A stretch of 63,333 nt of DNA, the filler included, from Octopus bimaculoides (Eukaryota): NCBI RefSeq assembly GCF_001194135.2. It is 11 parts of 10 records of this genome, joined end to end, with 100 filler letters (N's around TTAATTAATTAA, not from the genome) between each part and the next. Parts side by side here need not be neighbours in the genome. Positions count along the whole stretch, not along the records: positions 1 to 3,131 come from NC_068982.1; positions 3,232 to 9,648 come from NC_068987.1; positions 9,749 to 19,674 come from NC_068983.1; 8 more parts are not named here. The stretch is one strand, 5' to 3'. Under the pieces are notes generated by a model. That model had not been told where the DNA came from. It saw nothing but the letters and a program-made list of their open reading frames with translations, and did no database searches. This document shows, piece after piece, positions 1 through 10,043 of this stretch. The first letter of the stretch is position 1. The number at the start of each line of letters is the position of its first letter. A program made the position numbers and the translations under genes.

Positions 1-755
1 GGCATTTTTTACGATCTTTGTAGACCAGGTGAGCTTGATGTCATTAATGTTCTATCACTGGGGTTCTCAACCATTTTTTAAATCTATGCACTATGATTAC
101 TATTTTATTCTGGTGAAACCCTATAGCCATTCGATGTTTAAAATCTAATTTTATAGAAACTTCTTTCGAAATTCCTATTTTGTTTTTCACACATTAACTT
201 GTGTAGATTAAACTATGTAAAAGGTTAGAGTAAAAAACATAGCTGTTTCTTGCAATATACACCAATACATAAACCTGAAGCAAAATTTTTTCAGGGGCCC
301 TATTGTGGATTCCAAATTTACTCTTTTGTTACGTGGACCCCAAAACTCTTGTATGGAACTTCCGGGGCCATATGGACCCCGGTTGAGAAACAATGTTCTA
401 TCAGAAGACAGGAACAAGCACAGAAGTGGGAAAAACGAAGGGGAAGGCAGGGAGAGGGAGGAACAGAGTACAACTGAGAAAAATGTCCTGTTACTCTGGA
501 ATATCCGTGACGTGCATCTGTGTCTTCAGACAAATCAAACTGGACTAACTCGGTCTAAATAAACTACTGCACTTTCTGTTTGTATTGAGTACTTCTTTAC
601 ATCAGTATGTAGGTGTGTATGCGTGTTTGTGTTATTAATGTAAATAGTGTATATTTAGTACAGGATTTTAAGTTTGAAATTTGTAAGCATTCACATCTGG
701 CGACATGCGTTCAGCGTCAAGAAGATGTTAGTAGTGTGAGTGTGTTTCTGTGTGT

Positions 756-793
<38 letters not shown>

Positions 794-1484
794 GTGTGTG
801 TATATGCGTGTATGTTTATGTTTTTGCCGCCAGTCTTATGCATCAGTATATATGAGTCTATTGAGTATGTTTGTGTGTGTGTGAATGTGTGCGTCAGTCT
901 CTGGGAATGTGTGTGTGTGTTACACATACACACAATCACTTATACGTGTATAAGAGATATAGGTATTCCTTTATCCACTGACCACAAGGGGAAAATAAAA
1001 ATATAATAAAACGGAATTAAAGCCGAGCTGAACTTGAAGTGACCCAAATCAAGCGACCTCCGAAACTTTAACTGGAAGTGTAGCGGTGAGAGGGGAAAAA
1101 GTGGATGAGGGAAGGACAGAAAAAAAGAAGTAAAGAAAGAGAAAGAAAAACCTTCTGCGTTTCCGTACAATCGTAGCTGCCGCCAGTCAATAAGTTTTAT
1201 TGACAACTTAGTGTTATTTCTTCATCAATGGTCGCCATAAAAAAAGGCTTAAAATTTTATTTTATTTCTTTGCGAGGAGTCTCCCTTTATTTATTTATTT
1301 ATTTATTTATTTATCTCTGTCTATATCTTTCTCTCTCCCCTTTTCTCTCTCTCTCTCTTTTCATATATATTGAGTTGAAGAGAAATTCCTATCGCATTTT
1401 TCACACGACCACTTTGAAGATATTTTTTCGGTTCTTACGGTAAAATANNNNNNNNNNNNNNNNNNNNNNNNNNNNNNNNNNNNC

Positions 1485-1600
1485 TATATCAGATACTGCA
1501 TGCTGTATGAATTCAAAAGGGACTCTTCATTAATGGAAGCGGCCAGAAATATTCGTTCTGTCTATGGAAATGAAGCTTCAAGTGCGTGGACATAACGAGG
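1485..1600 (+). mobile_element. mariner transposase N-terminal HTH fragment (decayed)
   Basis: Manual translation YIRYCMLYEFKRDSSLMEAARNIRSVYGNEASSAWT* matches the mariner N-terminal pattern IRxCMLYEFxxGxxAxEAARNIxxVYG. It begins at an N gap and has a stop. Confidence 0.75.
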
Positions 1601-2059
1601 TGGATCGTTTTTATTTGGTTGCCACATTTTCAATTTCTTCAATTTTTGTTCCAGTTGATTTCATATTTGATGTATTGGTATAGATTTGTAAAGAAATCAT
1701 TGACATGAAATTCATTTTCACTATAATTCAATAAATAAAGAGTTAATAGCTTTTAAAGTTTACAAATTTTGGGTAATTTTAACCAATCGAAAGCCACAGT
1801 AGAAGGCTATACGTTTATTATAAGACTTAGCACCTTCTCGCGAAGTTGACATAATGCAAGAATGGATGCCAAAACATCTTTACGATCATGTAACAACAAA
1901 GTAAAAAGATAACGGGTAAAGACCCCATGAATGACCATGGGATTGCACCTAGAAAGTTACCCTCCGAGGCACAAGTCCAGGCAAGGTTATTTATGGAAGA
2001 CCAGCAGTCACCCATGTATACCAGCCTTCCTTCTACACGCCACCGAAGTTATGCAGGGG

Positions 2060-2220
2060 ACGATAGAGCTTAGCACCAGTGATATCGCAACTCATTTCTA
2101 CAGCTGAGTGAATTGGAACAACATAAAATAAAGTGTCTTGCTTAAGAACACAACACAGAGCCCGATCCGAGAATTGAACTCACTTCCTTATGATTGTGAG
2201 CCCGATGCTCTAGCCATGCG
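2060..2220 (-). mobile_element. tRNA-derived SINE fragment
   Basis: The reverse strand carries a tRNA-like head (B-box-like AGTTCAATTC) and a body ending in CAGCTGAGTGAATTGGA (+). Related copies occur near 6640-6810 and 20280-20420. Confidence 0.55.
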
Positions 2221-2224
2221 TTAC

Positions 2225-2560
2225 TCGCCAAATTAAAATCCCATGGACTACGACGCTTGGAAAGTTAAAGAAAGGGAGATTAATCAACGTCCTCGTACTT
2301 TCATAGCTTCACTGAAGGCCATCACTGTGCAGCTGATACCGGAAATGAATGAGGACCGTTTAGTGCGGGCCTGTCCACGATTCCGGTCCCACGTTGAAGC
2401 AATCATCAAAACCGAAGGCAGATTCTTGGAATGGTCTTATAAGAAAGCTTATTGAGAGCAGATACATAAACTTTTATTAAAATACATTTGGTTTCTGTTA
2501 GATCAGAATTATTTCATTAAATGATCGAATGTCCTCAAATATATCTCGCGTCTTGTATAT
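2225..2560 (+). mobile_element. Tc1-like transposon 3' end (transposase C-terminus and right end)
   Basis: Translation SPN*NPMDY...EREINQRP...MNEDRLVRACPRFRSHVEAIIKTEGRFLE matches the Tc1-family SPDLNPxDY motif and the RACxRFRxRxEAVIxAEGGFIE C-terminus. Confidence 0.8.
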
Positions 2561-2621
2561 ATGCTCACATTCGTATGTATGTATACACGTGTATTCATAT
2601 ATCCGTTCGTGTACATGTACG

Positions 2622-2653
<32 letters not shown>

Positions 2654-2798
2654 TGTATGTATGTATGTATGTATGTATGTATGCATGTATGTATGTATGT
2701 ATGTGTGTATGTATGTATGCATGCATGTATGTATGCATGCATGTATGTATGAATGTATTTATATATGTGTGTGTGTATGTGCGTGTGTATGTATATAT

Positions 2799-2952
2799 AG
2801 TGGCTGTGTGGTAAGTAGCTTGCTTTCCAACCACATAGTTCCGGGTTCTGTCACACTGCGTGGCACTTTGGGCAGGTGTCTTCTACTATAGCTTCGGGCC
2901 GACCAAAACCTTGTGAGTAGATTTGGTAGATGGAAAATGAAAGAAGCCGGTC

Positions 2953-2999
<47 letters not shown>

Positions 3000-3131
3000 T
3001 ATCCCGTAACTTAGCAGTTTGGCAGAACAGACCGATAGAATAAGTACTAGGCTTACAGAGAATAAGTCCTGGGATCGATTTGCTCGACTAAAGGTGGAGC
3101 TCCAGCATGGCCGCAGTCAAACAACTGAAAC
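2799..3131 (+). mobile_element. tRNA-derived SINE, family A (head + internal (GT)n + conserved tail)
   Basis: Head TGGCTGTGTGGTAAGTAGCTTGC...GTTCCGGGTTC and tail ATAAGTACTAGGCTTAC...CCAGCATGGCCGCAGTC. The same architecture recurs at 7648-8484 and 55390-55792, with partial copies at ~11500-11700, 12230-12345, 21770-21960, 24180-24340, 42600-42720, 43590-43760 and 48940-49135. Confidence 0.85.
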
Positions 3132-3231
3132 NNNNNNNNNNNNNNNNNNNNNNNNNNNNNNNNNNNNNNNNNNNNTTAATTAATTAANNNNNNNNNNNNN
3201 NNNNNNNNNNNNNNNNNNNNNNNNNNNNNNN

Positions 3232-3548
3232 GACTGGCCTTCATAGGATTTTCGAGCGAGATCGTTGCCAGTGCCCCTGGACTGGCTCTTGTGCAGGTGG
3301 CACATAAAAGACACCATTTTGAGCGTGGCCGTTGCCAGTACCGCCTGACTGGCCCTCGTGCGAGTGACACGTAAAAGCACCCACTACACTCTCTGTGGTT
3401 GGCGTTAGGAAGGGCATCCAGCTGTAGAAACTCTGCCAAATTAGATTGGAGCCTGGTGTAGCCATCCGGTTTCACCAGTCCTCAGTCGAATCGTCCAACC
3501 CATGCTAGCATGGAAAGCGGACGTTAAACGATGATGATGATGATGATG
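3232..3548 (+). mobile_element. SINE family B with (GAT)n 3' tail
   Basis: Ends ...CATGCTAGCATGGAAAGCGGACGTTAAACGATGATGATG. Inverted near-identical copies lie at 3890-4125 and 7821-8273, and a diverged copy at ~43300-43490. Confidence 0.85.
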
Positions 3549-3628
3549 TATCATATATCCTAAAAAGAAGCACACTCTAAAGTATAGAGCAGTAATGTAT
3601 TTATATCCACTTAAGCATATGTCTAGTA

Positions 3629-3696
3629 ATAGAGTGACCAATGGTTTCGCATTCATAAAGTGCTTAGCCTTGTGGATAATTCATCAGACTCTGATG
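3629..3696 (-). ncRNA. type I hammerhead ribozyme motif (left arm of palindrome), core intact
   Basis: Minus strand reads AGAGT CTGATGA ATTATCCA..TGAATGC GAAA CC ATT GG TC ACTCT. Stem I is AGAGU/ACUCU, the cores CUGAUGA and GAAA are present, stem III is ACC/GGU, and the GUC triplet predicts cleavage between 3636 and 3635. The 10.1-11.1 pair is A.C rather than G-C. Confidence 0.7.
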
Positions 3697-3752
3697 ACAA
3701 AGGCTTTTTTTTAATTCTACCTCTGAAGTTTGAAGAGCTATATAGCATTCGC

Positions 3753-3821
3753 CATTAGAGTCTGACGAGTCGTTCACTAGGCTAAGCACTTTATGGATGC
3801 AAAACCCTTGTTCCCTCTATG
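3753..3821 (+). ncRNA. degenerate type I hammerhead ribozyme motif (right arm of palindrome)
   Basis: TAGAGT CTGACGA G(T)CGTTCA..TGGATGC AAAA CC CTT G TTC CCTCTATG. It is homologous to the left arm with a good stem II, but GAAA->AAAA and GUC->UUC. Confidence 0.55.
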
Positions 3822-3889
3822 ACCAGGTATATACTTATTTGCATATAAACATGTGTGTGTGTGTGTAACTATTTGGACTTTGAGTATGT

Positions 3890-4125
3890 ATCATCATCAT
3901 CATCATCATCATCGTTTAACGTCCGCTTTCCATGCTAGCATGGGTTGGACGATTTGACTGAGGACTGGTGCAACCGGATGGCTACACCAGGCTCCAATCT
4001 AATTTGGCAGAGTTTCTACAGCTGGATGCCCTTCCTAACGCCAACCACTCAGAGAGTGTAGTGGGTGCTTTTACGTGTCACCCGCACGAAAACGGCCACG
4101 CTCGAAATGGTGTCTTTTATGTGCC
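3890..4125 (-). mobile_element. SINE family B, inverted copy
   Basis: (CAT)n CGTTTAACGTCCGCTTTCCATGCTAGCATGGG... is the reverse complement of 3232-3548. It runs into a gap. Confidence 0.85.
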
Positions 4126-5435
4126 NNNNNNNNNNNNNNNNNNNNNNNNNNNNNNNNNNNNNNNNNNNNNNNNNNNNNNNNNNNNNNNNNNNNNNNNNNN
4201 NNNNNNNNNNNNNNNNNNNNNNNNNNNNNNNNNNNNNNNNNNNNNNNNNNNNNNNNNNNNNNNNNNNNNNNNNNNNNNNNNNNNNNNNNNNNNNNNNNNN
4301 NNNNNNNNNNNNNNNNNNNNNNNNNNNNNNNNNNNNNNNNNNNNNNNNNNNNNNNNNNNNNNNNNNNNNNNNNNNNNNNNNNNNNNNNNNNNNNNNNNNN
4401 NNNNNNNNNNNNNNNNNNNNNNNNNNNNNNNNNNNNNNNNNNNNNNNNNNNNNNNNNNNNNNNNNNNNNNNNNNNNNNNNNNNNNNNNNNNNNNNNNNNN
4501 NNNNNNNNNNNNNNNNNNNNNNNNNNNNNNNNNNNNNNNNNNNNNNNNNNNNNNNNNNNNNNNNNNNNNNNNNNNNNNNNNNNNNNNNNNNNNNNNNNNN
4601 NNNNNNNNNNNNNNNNNNNNNNNNNNNNNNNNNNNNNNNNNNNNNNNNNNNNNNNNNNNNNNNNNNNNNNNNNNNNNNNNNNNNNNNNNNNNNNNNNNNN
4701 NNNNNNNNNNNNNNNNNNNNNNNNNNNNNNNNNNNNNNNNNNNNNNNNNNNNNNNNNNNNNNNNNNNNNNNNNNNNNNNNNNNNNNNNNNNNNNNNNNNN
4801 NNNNNNNNNNNNNNNNNNNNNNNNNNNNNNNNNNNNNNNNNNNNNNNNNNNNNNNNNNNNNNNNNNNNNNNNNNNNNNNNNNNNNNNNNNNNNNNNNNNN
4901 NNNNNNNNNNNNNNNNNNNNNNNNNNNNNNNNNNNNNNNNNNNNNNNNNNNNNNNNNNNNNNNNNNNNNNNNNNNNNNNNNNNNNNNNNNNNNNNNNNNN
5001 NNNNNNNNNNNNNNNATATATATATATATATACATATATACAAGAATGCATCTATATATATGCATGTGTGTAAGGGCTCATGGCCCTAGTGATTACAGTG
5101 TTACACTCACAATTACAAGATTTTGGTTTCAATTCCTGGACCAGGTGGTGCATTATGTTCTTCAGTAAAACGCTTTAATCTCACATTGCTCTACAGTCAC
5201 TTTGACACCTGGTGTGTGGTACACCATGCACCTGTTCAGGCAATGTCAGTCTGATGGCGGGAATGAGCTAATGTACCACACAAACATTTGATCTCTATAA
5301 ACAAATCATTTGTGCAGGTTGTTCAGCAAGAAATTGCAGAACTATCTTTCTCAGTCTAGAGTGACTACCATCATGCATTAACCACCTCATCATATTTACT
5401 TATTAATGAGTTTTCTTCTAATTTTTTTATTGCAG

Positions 5436-5892
5436 GTCACTAGTCATACATCACAGTCGATGAAGTACCATTTTCTTAAAACAGTCATCCCAAACTTAAA
5501 GAAATATAACGTAGAGAAAGGTTGGATTGACATTCTCTCCAACACCTACCCTGATCTAGTTCCATCTCCATGCAAAGAGAGTTCCGATAACATTTTGGAC
5601 AGCCCAGAGCAAAAGAAGTATGGTCTACGGAGATCATCTCCTAAAAAAGCTGCAAATAAAGCTCTCAGTGGATTGACGGATCTTCAGAGTAAAAAGAATT
5701 CATTGCAACAGGAACAAGAAGAAGAAGAAGAAGAAGAGATTGCTGAAAGTAACAAAACTGAAGCAGATGACTCTGAAGATGAGCTGAATGATGATGAAGA
5801 ACTGTCATCAAAACAGAAGCAACGAAAGCATAAAATCCAGCGAAATGTCAAAGCCCAAAGGAAGTTCAGCACCTCAGAATCAGAGATTGAAG
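5436..5892 (+). CDS. TERF2IP: internal exon of a Rap1/TERF2IP-like protein (end of Myb-like domain + acidic region)
   Basis: Acceptor ttttttattgcag|GTC (phase 0), donor GAAG|gtaaga (phase 1), and an open frame of 152 codons. VTSHTSQSMKYHFLKTV resembles the Rap1 Myb helix 3 (human LTQHSWQSLKDRYLKHL) and is followed by an E/D-rich tract as in RAP1. The exon call is strong; the identity is moderate. Confidence 0.55.
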
Positions 5893-6824
5893 GTAAGATA
5901 TTTATCTTACTTGTCATTCTTTCTTTATGTTCACTTCTTTTTTTGCTGATAGGGGTTGGACAAGAAATCTTCAGGCAGTAATATTCTATGGCTAGATGCT
6001 TCTCTCTAAGTAAGGAACATTATTCACCGTGAGACATTTTGTATAAGCAGAATATAATCATATTTTTGATAGTTTCCTATTTTGCAATAGGTTCTTTTTT
6101 TTCTCTCCCCCCCTCCCCCATCCTTGCAACAAGAAATACCAGTCATTTTCCATTTTTGGGGCCCCATGACTTTTAAAGAATAGATGTTTCCCTGGTCTAA
6201 AATCAAAAGTGTGTTGGTATTTTAGTGAGCCATTATTTTAGAGCTTTCCATGTTGTACACCCACTAATTCTTGAGCTCCATGAACTGCACAAAAAATACC
6301 TTTTCTTAAAACATGTGTGAGTAATGTCAATTTATTGCTAGGAAATCCTTTGGGACATCATTATGTATCCATCTGCATGCTGTAAGGCCTTTACTGAATT
6401 CTATATCCTCACCACAACCAGGACAAAATCAAATGGAATGAAGAAGGCCATTATTTTACAGAATAGTAATTGTGTTTCATGCATTTCTTAGTCGTTCTAT
6501 CTTCTGTTAACATCATCGTCAACGTAATTGATCAACCAGTCCCAACCAGTCAGGATTCACAGTACGGGCTGTACAATTCGTTCTTTCAATCTCTGAATAG
6601 AAAACATGGCTCACAAGACCTCCATTCAGGTGATTTGCCTGAGTCACCATCTTACCCTTGTATACCAATTTGTCATAAGACTACCCATTTATAGCCGAGT
6701 GAACTAGAACAACATGAAATGAAGTGTTTTGCTCAAGATGACAAAACACAGCTGGTCTGGGAATTGAAGCCATGATCTCATGGTTGTGAGTGCCACACCC
6801 TAAATACCAGGCTATGTACCATAA

Positions 6825-7053
6825 CCCTTTTGATACCAACCCGCCTGAGACCGCCTCAGGTTCTATAACATAAACTTACTCTTTGAAAGTGGTCTCAATT
6901 ATAATCTTCTATCAAAATCTTATGCTAATTTGTTTTCAGACCCCCCCCCCCCCAGCTTAATAATGAGAAATTATTTTACTAAATTCTTCATTATCTTCAA
7001 AATAAATTGAAACAAAAGCGGCATATGTTGACAGAAATATGGTAACAAAGGGG
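6825..7053. mobile_element. piggyBac-type MITE
   Basis: Left end ATAA|CCCTTTTGATACCA; right end reverse complement TTAA|CCCCTTTGTTACCA. These are CCC-starting TIRs in a TTAA-like target. Confidence 0.65.
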
Positions 7054-7099
7054 TTAACACATTATTGGATAGCTGTTGAGTCTTCTTGAGTTCTGTCTT

Positions 7100-7250
7100 T
7101 TCACAGTTTCTGTTTTTCATCCCACAGGATGTCCAGTAAGTCACCCTCCTCACCAAGCAAGCTAGATAGGGCTACCAGTTTAGTCACCAATGACCAAGCA
7201 TATAACAGGTTGTACTGGGTGACATGTTACCAGTAGTAACCGAGAGCAAC
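7100..7250 (+). repeat. interspersed repeat, homologous to 23880-24030
   Basis: Both copies share CACCCTCCT(C/T)AC(C/T)AAGCA...TTTAGTC(A/G)CCAATG...GTTGTACTGGGT. Confidence 0.6.
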
Positions 7251-7647
7251 CTGTTAAGAGTTTGAAACACCTAAGTAGTTAATGGTCATGTTTTTCTTCA
7301 TGTTAAAGAAGAATTTAAATATAATATTGAGGATTCCACTAAATATTCAGACTGGATTCTTTATAGCACTTTGACAACACTCTACTGTTTGCTTATTGCT
7401 GTCATTTTTTGGTGATGGGAGGAGCATCTGCCTCAGTGAATTCCATCCGACCCATGCAGGCATGGAAATGTGGACGTTAAGAGTGCCTGCAACTTGAAAC
7501 CTTTTAGTTCTTAGTACAGTGAAAATTTCATTGTGCTGTGTTTATTCAGAATTAAGTTTCAATAGGTTAATGTACTTGTCCTACCATTCCATGCTCTCCA
7601 CTCATTTGCATACATAAGAAAAGAAAAAAATTTTTTTTTATTTGCCC

Positions 7648-8484
7648 AGGAATGGTTGTGTGGTAAGTAGCTTGCTTACCAACCACATGGTTCTGAGTTC
7701 AGTCCCACTGTGTGGCACCTTGGGCAAGTGTCTTCTACTATAGCCTCGGGCCTACCAAAGCCTTGTGAGTGGATTTGGTAGACGGAAACTGAAAGAAGCC
7801 CATCGTATGTATGTGTATGTATCATCATCATCATCATCATCGTTTAACGTCCGCTTTCCATGCTAGCATGGGTTGGACGATTTGACTGAGGACTGGTGCA
7901 ACCGGATGGCTACACCAGGCTCCAATCTAATTTGGCAGAGTTTCTACNNNNNNNNNNNNNNNNNNNNNNNNNNNNNNNNNNNNNNNNNNNNNNNNNNNNN
8001 NNNNNNNNNNNNNNNNNNNNNNNNNNNNNNNNNNNNNNNNNNNNNNNNNNNNNNNNNNNNNNNNNNNNNNNNNNNNNNNNNNNNNNNNNNNNNNNNNNNN
8101 NNNNNNNNNNNNNNNNNNNNNNNNNNNNNNNNNNNNNNNNNNNNNNNNNNNNNNNNNNNNNNNNNNNNNNNNNNNNNNNNNNNNNNNNNNNNNNNNNNNN
8201 NNNNNNNNNNNNNNNNNNNNNNNNNNNNNNNNNNNNNNNNTCTTATGTGCCACCCGCACAAGAGCCAGTCCAGATATATGTTTGTGTGTCTGTGTTTGTC
8301 CTCCCAACATCGCTTGACAACCGATGCTGGTGTGTTTATGTCCCCGTAACTTAGTGGTTTGGCAAAAGAGACCGATAGAATAAGTACTAGGCTTACGAAG
8401 AATAAGTCCTGGGGTCAATTTGCTCGACTAAAGGCGGTGCTCCAGCATGGCTACAGTCAAATGACTGAAACAAGTAAAAGAGTA
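7648..8484 (+). mobile_element. SINE family A with a nested family B copy (7821-8273, - strand) in its internal microsatellite
   Basis: Family A head at 7648-7810 and tail at 8274-8484 are separated by a (CAT)n-led family B sequence. Confidence 0.8.
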
Positions 8485-8698
8485 TATCCATCATTCTGTA
8501 AGAATCAAAAGTATCAAGAATGTGATTTTATGGTATGACGCCATCCTTTTTTTTTTTTTTTTTTNNNNNNNNNNGTGATATTTTTGCTGTGCTATTGCTT
8601 GTTTTGTGTGTCTTTTGAACACTTTGTTTGACTTGTTTTGCTGCCTTACGGCAGGCTGTTGATGCTTCCCCCTTCGAAGAGGGGGTGTTAGCCCAAGT

Positions 8699-9648
8699 AT
8701 GATGCAATATGAAGACTTCACCTCCTCGGAGCTAACATCTTCTGAGGAGGAGCTGTTGAAGTCGATTGATAAAATGGATGAACGGCTGAAGAAGAGGAAC
8801 TTTGCAGATGTTGCAAGGAGCCACAATAATAAGGTTGATTTATCGGTGCTAAAGAATTATAAGAATATGCTGAGTAGAAAGGGATATGATGCAAAGGAGT
8901 CCCCTTCTCAAGAGATGATAATTGACACAAAGGAGAGAACAATAATTTATAGAACCTATTCTACAAAAGCAGGGAAGATAGAAATAATGACAATGACGCA
9001 GATAGAAAAGGCGTTAAAACCAGTCTGGCATGAAATCGCGTATCTTGCCAGAGGAATGAAATATGGGACAGTGGAGGTGTGTTTCTGAGAGGTGGCTATT
9101 TCCATGCTACACTTAGCAACCCCGTTAAAAACTGAAGACGTGGTACTTCTACCCACATACCTTGGGAGGCATGCTTCCAGGGTGAGGGTAGGTATACCAC
9201 CAGAAATTGATGTAGCCTGGATAGTAGCCACTACAGTACACGGAAACGAAGAAAAAATAACGGTTCTCCAGGCCACAAAAACAGCATACAAAAATTAGAA
9301 AGGACAGACCCTGGATATTATTATCCAGGGGTCACCAGAAAATATAGAAAATTTGACCGAAACTGTCACGATAGAAGATGTAATAATAAGGGTCAAGGTG
9401 GAGGGCAGGACCCTGCGATGTTTTAAGTGTAACCTAAAAGGCCACATTAGAGCGGACTGCCCTTCGCTGCCCAAAAAGCTCCAGGAAGGACCCTGAGAAA
9501 GACCCGTGAGCAAGGAGGAGGTCGTGCCACCAGCAGCCACACAAGAAAAGGAAAGTAATGAAACGAACAATGAATGGGAAATGACTGGGGAAAGAAAGAG
9601 GAAGAAGAGAAAAAGGGCATATTATATGGATATAGACCCCCACCCAAC
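8699..9648 (+). mobile_element. L1/Tx1-type ORF1 (gag-like, RRM-like + CCHC knuckle), decayed
   Basis: ORFs 8699, 9092 and 9506 share one frame, broken by stops at 9086-9088, 9296-9298 and ~9494. It has an NFADVAR motif, RVRVGIPPEIDVAW (RRM-like), and CFKCNLKGHIRADC (CX2CX4HX4C) at 9419-9460. It ends at a gap. Confidence 0.75.
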
Positions 9649-9748
9649 NNNNNNNNNNNNNNNNNNNNNNNNNNNNNNNNNNNNNNNNNNNNTTAATTAA
9701 TTAANNNNNNNNNNNNNNNNNNNNNNNNNNNNNNNNNNNNNNNNNNNN

Positions 9749-10043
9749 GCATGGACAATCCAAACACAGACAGGTGTTGCCGCAAGGAGTGGCCGGCAGA
9801 ACGGAAGTGGCGTGACACCGGGGTGTCATTGCCGACGTTGATATCTCGGAGGTGTTCCGCGAATCGGTCGGCCAGGCGGCGCCCCGTTTGTCCGATGTAC
9901 AGAGATTGGCAGAGAGAGCAGGAGAGGCAATATATGATGTTGGTAGACGTGCAGGTGAAGGAGTCGGTGATGCGATAGGGTCGGTGATGGGTGCTGGTGA
10001 GGAGGGTGGTGTTGGAGAGGTAAGGGCAAGTGCGGCAGCGTGG
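9749..10043 (-). mobile_element. Penelope-like element GIY-YIG endonuclease (5'-truncated, frame open)
   Basis: Manual translation PRCRTCPYLSNTTLLTSTHHRPYRITDSFTCTSTNIIYCLSCSLCQSLYIGQTGRRLADRFAEHLRDINVGNDTPVSRHFRSAGHSLRQHLSVFGLSM has the CxxC linker, IIY...YIGQT, RFxEH and VSRHF motifs of PLE GIY-YIG domains. Confidence 0.9.

Noticed and set aside
1186-1204. Small hairpin GTCAATAA-GTT-TTATTGAC and a nearby - strand ATGGCG
   Set aside because: The stem is short and AT-rich, and the ORF closes after 13 codons; support is insufficient.
2498-2891. ORFs of MYVC/HTYI/IYIY repeats throughout the window
   Set aside because: These are translations of (TATG)n, (CA)n and (TA)n microsatellites.
3176-3187. 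TTAATTAATTAA recurring inside N runs (also ~9693, 19719, 24121, 38431, 42103, 46560, 48879, 57443, 61001)
   Set aside because: Each sits at the centre of a 100-nt block (44 N + 12 + 44 N). It is an assembler gap spacer with stops in all frames, not biology.
3968-5168. Long ORFs (300+ aa) spanning N runs here and at 15.4k, 21.9k, 39.2k, 49.9k and 61.5k
   Set aside because: They are open only because N codons contain no stops.
7128-7135. Apparent 8-nt microexon (cccacag|GATGTCCA|gtaagt)
   Set aside because: It lies within an interspersed repeat whose second copy (23880-24030) lacks these splice signals.
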